32,000 nucleotides of DNA from Candidatus Saccharimonadota bacterium (GCF_047555085.1 NZ_CP180230.1:420001-452000); one strand, 5' to 3'. Positions 1 through 9,189 are shown, counted from the first letter of the stretch. Numbers and translations: made by a program. Notes: generated from the letters alone by a model not told the origin.

Positions 1-2
1 AA

Positions 3-3000
3 GACGACGGAGAAACTTACACTGAGGACGATCCTGATACATACAACGGACTTGTAAGAGCTAATTCAAGCTATGATGGCGATGGCGTTAAATGGTTCAC
101 AGATAGCTACGGGCCTGCTGCTGAGGTAGAGTTAACTCCTTACAATCCACTGGATTATTCTGATGGATATGCACTGGAGGATGACTGTGGGCCTGATGTA
201 GAGTTCTGTGAGGACTCAGGCCTTGCAAATACTCATATGGAGGGGAGGGCGGTGTATTCATACTTTGAAGAAGGTAGGCCTGAAGATGACAGAATCAATT
301 CTCTTGTTGAGGATGGTAGCGAGGATGAAATAGTTGCTGGAGAGGTGTTCACAGGAGTTTCTGTCAGGACATGGGTGGGATATGCCAACGGTACAGCTAG
401 TTACGAGCATGGTGCCACAAACAATCAGGATGAGGAGAATACGGAAAATACTGTGTTTGATTCATCTGATAACTGGCCTACAGAGAACTTGAATGATTCA
501 AGTATTGATAGACTGGAGGATACATGGGCAATCGCAAATACCACTGAGAAGGCTGTAGGGCCTACAGGAAGGCCTTATCCGGAAGGAAAGTGTTATGGTC
601 GTAGCCCGCTAAGTGTCGATGATTACCAGGTAACTAAGAATGAGAAGGTGATGGGTAACTCCTTCGCAAAAGCCGTTGATATCAATGGAGATGGCACTTC
701 CAGGAAGAAAGGTGTCTGGGTGAATCCTGATTCCACAGTTGACTCTGCTCTTACAGGAAATCTTTCCTGTGATCTAAACGTGACTGACTGGGGATTCGGA
801 TATAATGCAAGTACTGATGCCGATTTACAGGTTATCCGTGGAGATGCAAGAGAGTTCGGATACGACAGGGATGATCCTCATGTTGTAGTCGGAGACATAC
901 CTTTCGATATCAACTCGGATCCTAACGGCGTAGGAGAAGACGAAAATCTTCAGCAATACCCTAACGCATGTGGCGATGACAGAAACGAGTACCTTATCCG
1001 CGAACACCGTGATACCGCCGACAGCACCGAACAGATGCCAGATCTTACAGAGGACGATATATACGGCTGTACAGACAGGATCAGTGACTGTGTATTCAAT
1101 GGTTCCATATACAGCGAGGGCCAGGTAGTAGACATACAGTCATACGGTAGAGAGGAACGTGGAACCAACTCAATAGATGAAGAAGTCTGTGTAGATGTAG
1201 ATGAAAGTATTCCTGGAGGAGAATGGTACGATGTGGATAACGAATCACTGAACCAGTATCTGAAAGGGGAACAAGGCCTCTATACAGAGGATAATCCTGA
1301 TACGTACACCGGAGTGGTAAGGGAAAACGCAAGTTACAGCGGCGATGGCGTAAAGTGGTTCACAGATAGTTATGGGCCTGCAGAAGAAGTAGAAATCTCG
1401 CCGTTCAATCCTTTGAACTATTCTGATGGATACGCTTTGGAGGATGACTGTGGGCCGTCAATCGATTACTGTGAAGACTCTGGAGTGGAGGATACTCATT
1501 TCGAGCCTGATGCTGTGTACTCGTTCTTTGAGGAAGGGCATATAGGCGATGACAGGAGGCCTAGTCCGGAAGATGATACAAAGCCGGATCCGAACAGCGA
1601 CTACTTTGAAGCTATCTCTGTAAGAATGTACGTTGGATTTGCTAACGGTACTGCGTCAGCTGAGCACGGTGCTACAAACGGTCAGGATAAGGAGAACGTG
1701 CCAGATAATCTTGATTTCAACGTTACGAAGTGGGGTAAGACTGTATCGCTAAATGATTCTACGATTGATCCGCTTGAAGACACATGGGCTCTTTCAAACA
1801 GGACTTCTGCGATCGTTGGACCTACAGGAAAGGTCTACAGTGAAGGAAAGTGCTACGGACAGAACGTACTTGATCAACCCGACTACCAGCTTACAAAGGC
1901 TCAGAAAGCTGTAGGTAACTCGTACGCCATGACTGTTGACGTAAATGGAGACGGTACATCAAAGGAGAAAGGTGTATGGGTGAATCCGGATTCAACCGTG
2001 AAATCCGCTACTACAGGAATCCTTTCATGTGAACTAAACTCTACTGACTGGGGTTATGGATTTGATCTAGGTAACAACTCTGATCTACAGATTATCCGTG
2101 GAGATGCACGCGAGCAGGATTACGATAGAAGCGATCCTCATGTAGTTGCCGGGCCTGTACAGTTCGATATAGAGTCTGATCCAGGTGCTGCGGAGCAGGA
2201 TCACTTGCAGCAGTATCCGGGTGCCTGTGGAGATGATAGAAATGAGTACCTTATCAGAGAACATCACAGTCCTATTGAAGGCCTTGAACATGATCCATCT
2301 CTGGAGAGAGATAATATCTACGGATGTGCGGACAGGATCAGTGACTGTACATTCCAGGGAGAAGTATACAGCGAGGGCCAGGTAATCAACGTGGAGAATC
2401 AGAGTAGTGAGAGAGGCGTTGATTCTGTGGATGAAGAAGTCTGTGTAGACGTAGATGAAAGTATTCCTGGAGGAGAATGGTACGATGTGGATAACGAATC
2501 AATCAACCAGCTTATCAAGGGAGAAAACCATATCGGTGATAATACAGCGTCTTATCAGAATTCTTTCGTTAGAACAAAGGAAAACTATGACGGTGACGGC
2601 GTAGTATGGTTCAACGATAGCTTTGCACCGGCAGAAGAGGCCGAAATTTCGCCTTATAACAATATTACTTATTCCGATGGATATGCATTGGAGGATGACT
2701 GCGCAGAGAATATTCAGTACTGTTCCGATGAAGGCGCCACAGAACAGCATTTCACTCCTGATGCTGTGTACTCGTTCTTTGAGGAAGGAAGGCCTGAAGA
2801 CGATGCTAATGTCTTCGAAGGACGCAGCGTCAGAATGTACGTTGGATACGCCAACGGTACAGCTAGCTACGAGACAGGCGCCACGAATGATCAGGATACA
2901 GAGAATACTTATGGCCTTGAGTTCGATTCAACGGAGTATGACTGGCCTACCGAAAACTTGAATGATTCTACGATCGATCCGCTTGAAGACACCTGGGCAT

Positions 3001-6000
3001 TGTCAGCAAGACTTGAGTGGCCTGTAGGCCCTACAGGAGAGGTCTGGAGGAATGGTTCCTGTTACGGGATGAACCCTTGGAACTCACCGGATGCCGACTG
3101 GGTGACAAAAGATCAGAAAGTCGTTGCCAACTCTCTTGCAATGGCGGTTGATGTCAACGGATATCCTCCTGAAAATGCGCACTATGATACTTCAGAGATT
3201 GCGGATCAGAAGAAAGGTGTATGGGTGAATCCGGACTCCAGTGTAAGATCTGCTACCTCCGGAGGAACAAGCTGCGATCTGAACGCTACTGACTGGGGAT
3301 TCGGTTACAACCTCGGAGATGGTGAAGAACTACAGCAGATTGAAGGAGACATCCGCGAACAGGGATACGATCCGAATGATCCGAACGTAGTTGCCGGAGA
3401 TATCAAGTTCGATATCAACTCGGATCCTAACGGCGTAGGTGTAAGTGAGAACTTGCCTCAGTACCCTGAGGCCTGTGGAGACGACAGAAACGAATACCTG
3501 ATCAGGGAGCATAGAAGCCTTTCAGACAACTCTGAGCATAATCCGCAGCTAGATGATGAGGATATCTACGTATGTGCAGACAGGCCTAGTGACTGTGCTT
3601 ACAACGGTGAAGTGTACAGTATGGGCCAGAAAGTTGATATTTCAAGTGAGAGCGATGACGAGGAGCTTGGAGTAGGTTCTGAGGATGCAGAGATATGTGT
3701 GGACTCCAATCCGGAGATTCCGGGAGGAGAGTGGCAGGATGCAGATAATGAAACTAATAGAGAACATGTAATTGGAGACGGTGATCCGAACAAGACTGAG
3801 ACGTATGATGGATTTATCAGCTACAGGAACGGAAGCGGAAACGTCCACTGGTTCAACTATACTTGGGGTGCAGACGTTGATTATCCTGCAAGAGAGGCCA
3901 TGATTTCGCCGTATAATCCTGTAAATTATTCTACAGGATTTGCTCTTGAGGATGATTGTGGGCCTGAAGTCAGTTACTGTGAGGATACAGGCCTTACACA
4001 GACGCATATGAATAATGACAGCGATCCAAGTGACGATCTTGTGTACTCTCCGTTTGTTGCGGGTGAAGGTGCTGATGACTATGACGTATTCGATGGTACG
4101 GTTGTCAGGATGTATGTTGGTGGAAGTGCCGAACACGGTGCATCGAATCCTCAGGAGGATCAGAATGTTTTCGAGAATCTCCCTCAGTTGAACGATTCCA
4201 CAATTGACAGGAATGAGGATACATGGGCGATCGCGGGAGAGCCTTACTATGCTGTAGGGCCTACAGGGCATGTATACAAGAATGGTTCGTGCTATGGAAG
4301 GTTCAACAGTGAGACAAAGGCTGGAACTGTCGTAGCTAATTCGTTTGCATATGCTCATGATGTCGATGGCGACGGCCAGAAGGAGGGTGACTGGGTTGAT
4401 CCGGATAACTATGAAGACGCAGTTCTGAATGGATACGGTACCTGTGAGCTCAGCAACATGTCCGACTGGGGAATGGGATACAACAACCAGTCCAGAGATG
4501 AACTCAGAATTATACAGGGAGATGTACGTGAAAGAGGCTACAATGATACAGAGGACTGGAAGTTCCACGTAGTTTCAGGGCCTATCCAGTTCGATTCCGA
4601 GAATGATCCTGGGACTATGGAACAGGACAATCTTCCACAGTACCCGAACGCATGTGGAGATGATCAGAACGAACATCTGATCCGTGAACATATGAGCGAC
4701 TCCACGAAAGATGAGGCAAGGCCTGCACTGGAGAGAGATAATATCTACGGCTGTGCTGATAGAGTAAGCGACTGTGTTTACAATGGCTCTGTATACAGTG
4801 AGGGACAGACAGTAGATATCTCAAGTGTAGGAAATGATGCCGAGGCCGGCCTCAATTCGACCGATACAGAGGTCTGTATAAATACTGATGACAGGATTCC
4901 GGGAGGAGAATGGCATGATATCGACAATGTTGAGTGGCGTGACTATCTGACAGGTGCAAACGATACAGACTGGGACTACGAAGAGGACAATATTTCAAGT
5001 TACAAGAGGCTTGTTGAGCCTGAGACAGGAGATCACTGGTTTACAGATGATCACCCAGCAGCTCTGGAAGTAGAGCTGTCACCTTTCAATCCATTGAACT
5101 TCTCCGATGGATACGCGCTTGAAGACGACTGTGATCCTGACCTGGCGTACTGCGCCGATATTGGAGAAGAGAACCAGTACATGCCTGGATATGCAGTTTA
5201 CTCGGCATTTGAAGAAGATGTTGGAGAGGACGATTCCAACGTTTTCGAGGGAAGAGCTGTAAGAATGTACGTTGGATACGCCAACGGTACTGCATGGGCA
5301 CACCACGGCGCAACAAATAATCAGAGCGAGGAAAACAGTGGAGAACTCAACTTCAACGTTACAAAGTGGGGTAAGACAATTCCACTTAATGACTCCACTA
5401 TCAACAGAAGAGAAGACACATGGGCTATCGCAGACAGCACATCTGATGTAGTAGGCCCAACAGGAAAGCTCTACGATCCTGGCAAGTGTTACGGCGGCAC
5501 TCCTTCCACAGAGGATGAAGACTGGGTCTACAAGAACGAGACTGTTGTAGCAAACTCATTCGCCTATGCACAGGAAGTCAACGGCGACGGCAACGAGGAA
5601 GGAGTCTGGGTGAATCCTGATTCCACAGAGAAATCACTTACACAGGGCAACTTCAGCTGTGAACTGAACACCAGTGACTGGGGAATCGGCTACGATACAG
5701 GAGAAGGAACAAATCTTCAGGCCCACTACGGAGAGCCAAGAAGCAGTGGATACGAGGCCTCTGATATACACGCCGTCTCAGGGCCTATACAGTTCGATAT
5801 AGAGTCTGATCCTGGAGAGAAAGAGCAGATGGATGAGCCTCAGTTCCCAAGTGCCTGTGGAGATGATCACAATGAGTATCTGATCCGTGAGCACGGCTCT
5901 AACGTTGGGAATGAGTTCAGGCCTAACCTTTCACGTGACAATATTTACGGCTGTGCGGACAGGATCAGTGACTGCGTGTACAACGGCGAAGTCTACAGTG

Positions 6001-6425
6001 AAGGACAGACAGTAGATATTTCAGAGGCCTCTGCTCCGGGAGAGAATCCTGAGCGTGGAGATGATATTGCAGATGAGGAGATCTGTCTTGACCTGGATAA
6101 GAGCATCCCTGGAGGAGAGTTCTATGATAAGGATAACAACTGGACTGTAGAGAGCAAGATCCGGGAGATCGCTGATCAGCCTGACAAGACATGGGAGAGA
6201 ATAGAGTACTTCGAAGATCATGATTTCAGCAGGAATCCTGGAACTGACTGGAAGAACAGAACTCACAAGCTGAACAGGACAGACTTCGGATTCTTCAACA
6301 ACTCCGGATTCACAGAGGCAGAGTACGAGAGTTACAGGCCTTCAGGATACGCCACGGAGGATGACTGTGGAACAATCATGCAGAGGCCTTCTACAGGGCC
6401 TTGTGGGGATGTAGGTTCGGATACA
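3..6425 (+). repeat. In-frame tandem array of 385-425-aa coding modules (1 partial + 5 complete copies)
   Basis: Module starts, set at the (A/L)VYS.FEEG motif, fall at nt 249, 1512, 2763, 4038 and 5193; the last copy ends near 6425. Motifs recur in the same order in every copy: VRMYVGYANGTAS.EHGATN, LNDSTID.LEDTWA, VGPTG..Y..G.CYG, NS(F/Y)A..VDVNGDG...GVWVNPDS, SC.LN.(T/S)DWG.GY, HVV.G.I.FD..SDPG, QYP.ACGDD.NEYLIREH, DNIYGCADR.SDC..NG.VYSEGQ, EVC.D....IPGGEW.D.DN, SP.NP.N(Y/F)SDGYALEDDC......YC.D. Confidence 0.9.
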
Positions 6426-8363
6426 CAGAATATTTCATGGTTTAACGCAGGTAACTTCTCCTTTATCCCGAACAATCCTGAGATGCAGGAAGGTGCTCCA
6501 CAGGACAACTTCGATGATTTCTACGGTTTCACCGGCTACCACAACATGATTGATGACTCTTCGGATCAGTTCGAGCCAGGTGCAGCTACACAGAGAAACT
6601 GGAATCTATCCGATGTCTACGGTGAAAACTACAGGGTATACGACAGCAGGGACAGCACACCAGGACCTGATAAATGGGCGCTCACACGGTTCATGAACTA
6701 CTCGGTCGATAACCGTGGAAACGGCTATCCTCCAGCTACGGAGAACAGAGCAGGATGCTTCTACAGAGATGGAGTGCAGGAAAGAACAGATGTCGATGAT
6801 CAGGGTGTAGACAAGAAGGACAAGATATTTGGAAACTCTGTTGCGGCAGCAAATGATTACGATAACGACGGAGAAGTTGAAGGTGTCTGGGAGGATCCTG
6901 ACGATGTAGGCGTCATGTATGCAAACTTCAGCTGCGATATCACAGGCCCTGACAAGGGATACGGATTCGATACCGGTGATAATGAAGGAGAGTTCAGCTA
7001 CAAGAATGACGACAAGAGCACGCACGTCGTTACGGGAGATATCGCATTTGCTGTCACCGATGGAAAGACAGGAGCCTTCGAACAGGAGCCTCCGGTCTGT
7101 GGAGACGATCACAAGGAGTACCTGCTTGAAGAGCTGGGAGCCACACAGAACAGTCTTGAAGGAACAGGACAGTGGGGCTGCGGAACCGATAGAAACGACT
7201 GTGTGGCCAGAAGCGGAGGAGAATACGCACTTTACCGTGAAGGAGACACCGTCAATACTAATGAGGCCTCTGAAAAATTCGGACGCTCAAAGGACGATGC
7301 AGAGGTCTGTATGCAGAGAACACAGGATACCTACGGCGTATGGTACGATCAGGATTACGGCCCTGAACTCTGTCAGGTCAACAATCTCTACGGATCAGCA
7401 GGTGTAAGATGGATAAGCCCTGAATACATCGACAGAAAGCCTTACTCCGTAGTAGAGGGAATCAATGATGATATGAATCCTTACCTTGCCGAGAACTCTG
7501 GAGACTTCAATAAATCAACTCAGGGCAACGTTACAAAGTATCTGAATAATCCAGAGGACAGGACTCCGGTGCCTACAGGAAAAGATGTCAACAGATCTGT
7601 AGACAGTTATTACTCCGACTACAACGCATGGAGTCCAACAGATGAGTACCTGAACTACTCTGCCACGAAAGGATTCTGTGGAGGAGACGACGAAGGAGAG
7701 AACATCGTCGTACAGCAGGCATCCACAGAACTTATTCAGACAAACTACTCGGTCATAGGTATCGCCGATGATCCTGACGACTGCGTACTTGATGGATCAA
7801 ACTACGACTCTGTAGGACATGACAAAAGAAAACTATACAGCCCAGGAGACGAAGTAGATCTTGATCTGGGACAAAGCCAGAGAACAATCTCCTGCTACTC
7901 CGGACAGTGGTTCGCAAACTGGCCTGTAACATTCCTGCAGGAAAACGTCTCAGTAGAGGCCACTACAGAAAGAGAAATTCTGTTCAAGGTAATCAATGTC
8001 CGAAACACAGAGACATCATACGAAGTAAACATGGACGTTGATGAGGAGCTTGAGGCCTTCACACAGTTCAGCGGATACGACGGCGACTCGTTCACCACGA
8101 CAGTCCCAGCAGAGTCCTCACGCCAGTACAGCATCCAGGTCTACGGACAGAATAATGACATCGGGCCTGCAAATATCAGTATAAGTGCAAACTCGCTTAC
8201 AGGAGATATAGAAGGATCTGATGAAGTCACAGTAGATGTAGTGGAAAACGTGGATACATCAGGCACTACATCCCAGACAACTTCAGAAGTTCCAGGCCTG
8301 CTGCCGGTACACCTGATCTTCCTGATGCTGCTATCAACACTTATCTACTACAGAAGACTGTAA
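3..8363 (+). CDS. Giant hyper-acidic cell-surface protein, C-terminal ~2,786 aa (5' end upstream of window)
   Basis: The frame is open from nt 3, before the track's first Met at 237. nt 3-236 translate to ...DGDGVKWFTDSYGPAAEVELTPYNPLDYSDGYALEDDCGPDVEFCED..., which is the tail of a further repeat copy. The protein is D/E-rich, has many N-x-S/T sequons and about 8 positionally conserved Cys per module. The C-terminus is a Thr/Ser-rich linker + PGL + hydrophobic helix + RRL. I recognise no catalytic motif. Confidence 0.9.
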   Translation, partial: DDGETYTEDDPDTYNGLVRANSSYDGDGVKWFTDSYGPAAEVELTPYNPLDYSDGYALEDDCGPDVEFCEDSGLANTHMEGRAVYSYFEEGRPEDDRINSLVEDGSEDEIVAGEVFTGVSVRTWVGYANGTASYEHGATNNQDEENTENTVFDSSDNWPTENLNDSSIDRLEDTWAIANTTEKAVGPTGRPYPEGKCYGRSPLSVDDYQVTKNEKVMGNSFAKAVDINGDGTSRKKGVWVNPDSTVDSALTGNLSCDLNVTDWGFGYNASTDADLQVIRGDAREFGYDRDDPHVVVGDIPFDINSDPNGVGEDENLQQYPNACGDDRNEYLIREHRDTADSTEQMPDLTEDDIYGCTDRISDCVFNGSIYSEGQVVDIQSYGREERGTNSIDEEVCVDVDESIPGGEWYDVDNESLNQYLKGEQGLYTEDNPDTYTGVVRENASYSGDGVKWFTDSYGPAEEVEISPFNPLNYSDGYALEDDCGPSIDYCEDSGVEDTHFEPDAVYSFFEEGHIGDDRRPSPEDDTKPDPNSDYFEAISVRMYVGFANGTASAEHGATNGQDKENVPDNLDFNVTKWGKTVSLNDSTIDPLEDTWALSNRTSAIVGPTGKVYSEGKCYGQNVLDQPDYQLTKAQKAVGNSYAMTVDVNGDGTSKEKGVWVNPDSTVKSATTGILSCELNSTDWGYGFDLGNNSDLQIIRGDAREQDYDRSDPHVVAGPVQFDIESDPGAAEQDHLQQYPGACGDDRNEYLIREHHSPIEGLEHDPSLERDNIYGCADRISDCTFQGEVYSEGQVINVENQSSERGVDSVDEEVCVDVDESIPGGEWYDVDNESINQLIKGENHIGDNTASYQNSFVRTKENYDGDGVVWFNDSFAPAEEAEISPYNNITYSDGYALEDDCAENIQYCSDEGATEQHFTPDAVYSFFEEGRPEDDANVFEGRSVRMYVGYANGTASYETGATNDQDTENTYGLEFDSTEYDWPTENLNDSTIDPLEDTWALSARLEWPVGPTGEVWRNGSCYGMNPWNSPDADWVTKDQKVVANSLAMAVDVNGYPPENAHYDTSEIADQKKGVWVNPDSSVRSATSGGTSCDLNATDWGFGYNLGDGEELQQIEGDIREQGYDPNDPNVVAGDIKFDINSDPNGVGVSENLPQYPEACGDDRNEYLIREHRSLSDNSEHNPQLDDEDIYVCADRPSDCAYNGEVYSMGQKVDISSESDDEELGVGSEDAEICVDSNPEIPGGEWQDADNETNREHVIGDGDPNKTETYDGFISYRNGSGNVHWFNYTWGADVDYPAREAMISPYNPVNYSTGFALEDDCGPEVSYCEDTGLTQTHMNNDSDPSDDLVYSPFVAGEGADDYDVFDGTVVRMYVGGSAEHGASNPQEDQNVFENLPQLNDSTIDRNEDTWAIAGEPYYAVGPTGHVYKNGSCYGRFNSETKAGTVVANSFAYAHDVDGDGQKEGDWVDPDNYEDAVLNGYGTCELSNMSDWGMGYNNQSRDELRIIQGDVRERGYNDTEDWKFHVVSGPIQFDSENDPGTMEQDNLPQYPNACGDDQNEHLIREHMSDSTKDEARPALERDNIYGCADRVSDCVYNGSVYSEGQTVDISSVGNDAEAGLNSTDTEVCINTDDRIPGGEWHDIDNVEWRDYLTGANDTDWDYEEDNISSYKRLVEPETGDHWFTDDHPAALEVELSPFNPLNFSDGYALEDDCDPDLAYCADIGEENQYMPGYAVYSAFEEDVGEDDSNVFEGRAVRMYVGYANGTAWAHHGATNNQSEENSGELNFNVTKWGKTIPLNDSTINRREDTWAIADSTSDVVGPTGKLYDPGKCYGGTPSTEDEDWVYKNETVVANSFAYAQEVNGDGNEEGVWVNPDSTEKSLTQGNFSCELNTSDWGIGYDTGEGTNLQAHYGEPRSSGYEASDIHAVSGPIQFDIESDPGEKEQMDEPQFPSACGDDHNEYLIREHGSNVGNEFRPNLSRDNIYGCADRISDCVYNGEVYSEGQTVDISEASAPGENPERGDDIADEEICLDLDKSIPGGEFYDKDNNWTVESKIREIADQPDKTWERIEYFEDHDFSRNPGTDWKNRTHKLNRTDFGFFNNSGFTEAEYESYRPSGYATEDDCGTIMQRPSTGPCGDVGSDTQNISWFNAGNFSFIPNNPEMQEGAPQDNFDDFYGFTGYHNMIDDSSDQFEPGAATQRNWNLSDVYGENYRVYDSRDSTPGPDKWALTRFMNYSVDNRGNGYPPATENRAGCFYRDGVQERTDVDDQGVDKKDKIFGNSVAAANDYDNDGEVEGVWEDPDDVGVMYANFSCDITGPDKGYGFDTGDNEGEFSYKNDDKSTHVVTGDIAFAVTDGKTGAFEQEPPVCGDDHKEYLLEELGATQNSLEGTGQWGCGTDRNDCVARSGGEYALYREGDTVNTNEASEKFGRSKDDAEVCMQRTQDTYGVWYDQDYGPELCQVNNLYGSAGVRWISPEYIDRKPYSVVEGINDDMNPYLAENSGDFNKSTQGNVTKYLNNPEDRTPVPTGKDVNRSVDSYYSDYNAWSPTDEYLNYSATKGFCGGDDEGENIVVQQASTELIQTNYSVIGIADDPDDCVLDGSNYDSVGHDKRKLYSPGDEVDLDLGQSQRTISCYSGQWFANWPVTFLQENVSVEATTEREILFKVINVRNTETSYEVNMDVDEELEAFTQFSGYDGDSFTTTVPAESSRQYSIQVYGQNNDIGPANISISANSLTGDIEGSDEVTVDVVENVDTSGTTSQTTSEVPGLLPVHLIFLMLLSTLIYYRRL
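6820..7360 (+). repeat. Degenerate partial copy of the module core inside the divergent C-terminal region
   Basis: KIFGNSVAAANDYDNDGEVEGVWEDPDD ... FSCDITGPDKGYGFD ... HVVTGDIAFAV ... PPVCGDDHKEYLLEE ... GCGTDRNDCV ... YREGDTV ... AEVCM ... GVWYDQD follows the motif order of the full modules at much lower identity. Confidence 0.6.
8250..8360 (+). other. C-terminal sorting/anchor signal resembling archaeal PGF-CTERM (PGL variant)
   Basis: The last ~36 aa read DTSGTTSQTTSE-V-PGL-LPVHLIFLMLLSTLIYY-RRL-stop. That is a Thr/Ser-rich linker, a Pro-Gly-hydrophobic tripeptide, a ~17-aa hydrophobic helix and a short basic tail, which is the layout of archaeosortase (ArtA) substrates. Confidence 0.5.
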
Positions 8364-8418
8364 AACAGAAGTCTGACTATCTAAAAGCTGAAAAAGACCG
8401 GAGATAAGAAGTAAACGT

Positions 8419-9189
8419 ATGAAATCAGCCAGAGAAATCCTCGACTCGATGATAGAAAAAGGATCCCATGAAATAGACAGGGATACCGATGGATTGCTGC
8501 TTTCAAGCTTTTCAGCAGGCCTTGACATAGGATTCGGGCCTCTACTGATGGGAGTAATACTTACTCTTTCAGTTGGCAGTTACGGTGACTTAAGCACAGA
8601 GCTGCTTCTGGCAAGTGCTTACTCTGTAGGATTTATCTTTGTCATACTCGGAAGATCGGAACTTTTCACAGAACACACTGCGCTGGCGGTGATGCCTGTA
8701 ATCGATGGAGAGGCCTCCCTGAAAAGTCTTGGAAGATTATGGGGGATAGTCTACGCAGGAAACATTATAGGAGGCCTGGTATTTACAGGCCTTGCCGTAC
8801 TTCTTATGCCAGGCCTTGGAGTTATCAGTCCGGAGGCCTTCGGAACAATTGCATCCAAACTTGTTACTCATCCGCTTCACTGGCTGTTGATTGCAGGAGT
8901 GTTTGCAGGATGGCTGATGGGATTACTGGCATGGCTGATTTCCTCGGCAGAGAACACGATAAGCCGAGTATTCTTCATCTGGATGGTCACAGCAACTATA
9001 GGCATGCTGCATCTTCCGCACAGCATCGCAGGAAACGTCGAAGTTCTGTTCGGCCTCTTTACGACTAACAGCGTCACTGTAATTGATTATCTCTCCTTCC
9101 TTTCACTGGCAACGATCGGAAACGCCATAGGAGGAGCGATATTCGTAGGCCTCATGAAGTACGGCCACGTCACAAGAGGCGCAAAATAA
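8419..9189 (+). CDS. Formate/nitrite transporter (FNT) family channel
   Basis: 256-aa polytopic membrane protein. It carries FNT-type signatures GRSELFTEHT (family G.ELFT..) and LPHSIAGNVE (family H.IAN) with Gly-rich helices between them. Confidence 0.75.
   Translation: MKSAREILDSMIEKGSHEIDRDTDGLLLSSFSAGLDIGFGPLLMGVILTLSVGSYGDLSTELLLASAYSVGFIFVILGRSELFTEHTALAVMPVIDGEASLKSLGRLWGIVYAGNIIGGLVFTGLAVLLMPGLGVISPEAFGTIASKLVTHPLHWLLIAGVFAGWLMGLLAWLISSAENTISRVFFIWMVTATIGMLHLPHSIAGNVEVLFGLFTTNSVTVIDYLSFLSLATIGNAIGGAIFVGLMKYGHVTRGAK

Noticed and set aside
3642-4568. 308-aa antisense ORF inside the giant gene (also 6606-7112, 6919-7407, 2623-2961 and many 60-110-aa ORFs at 825-6266)
   Set aside because: The translations are Ile/Cys/Arg/Ser-rich and non-acidic, unlike every credible protein here. 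They lie entirely within a strongly supported repeat-bearing frame. Long shadow ORFs are expected opposite GAN/GAY-rich acidic coding sequence.
3-8363. Identifying the giant ORF as a nanohaloarchaeal SPEARE-type protein or as halomucin
   Set aside because: I see no serine-protease, restriction-endonuclease or mucin-like Ser/Thr-repeat signatures in the visible 2,786 aa. The N-terminal part is outside the window, so the assignment cannot be supported.
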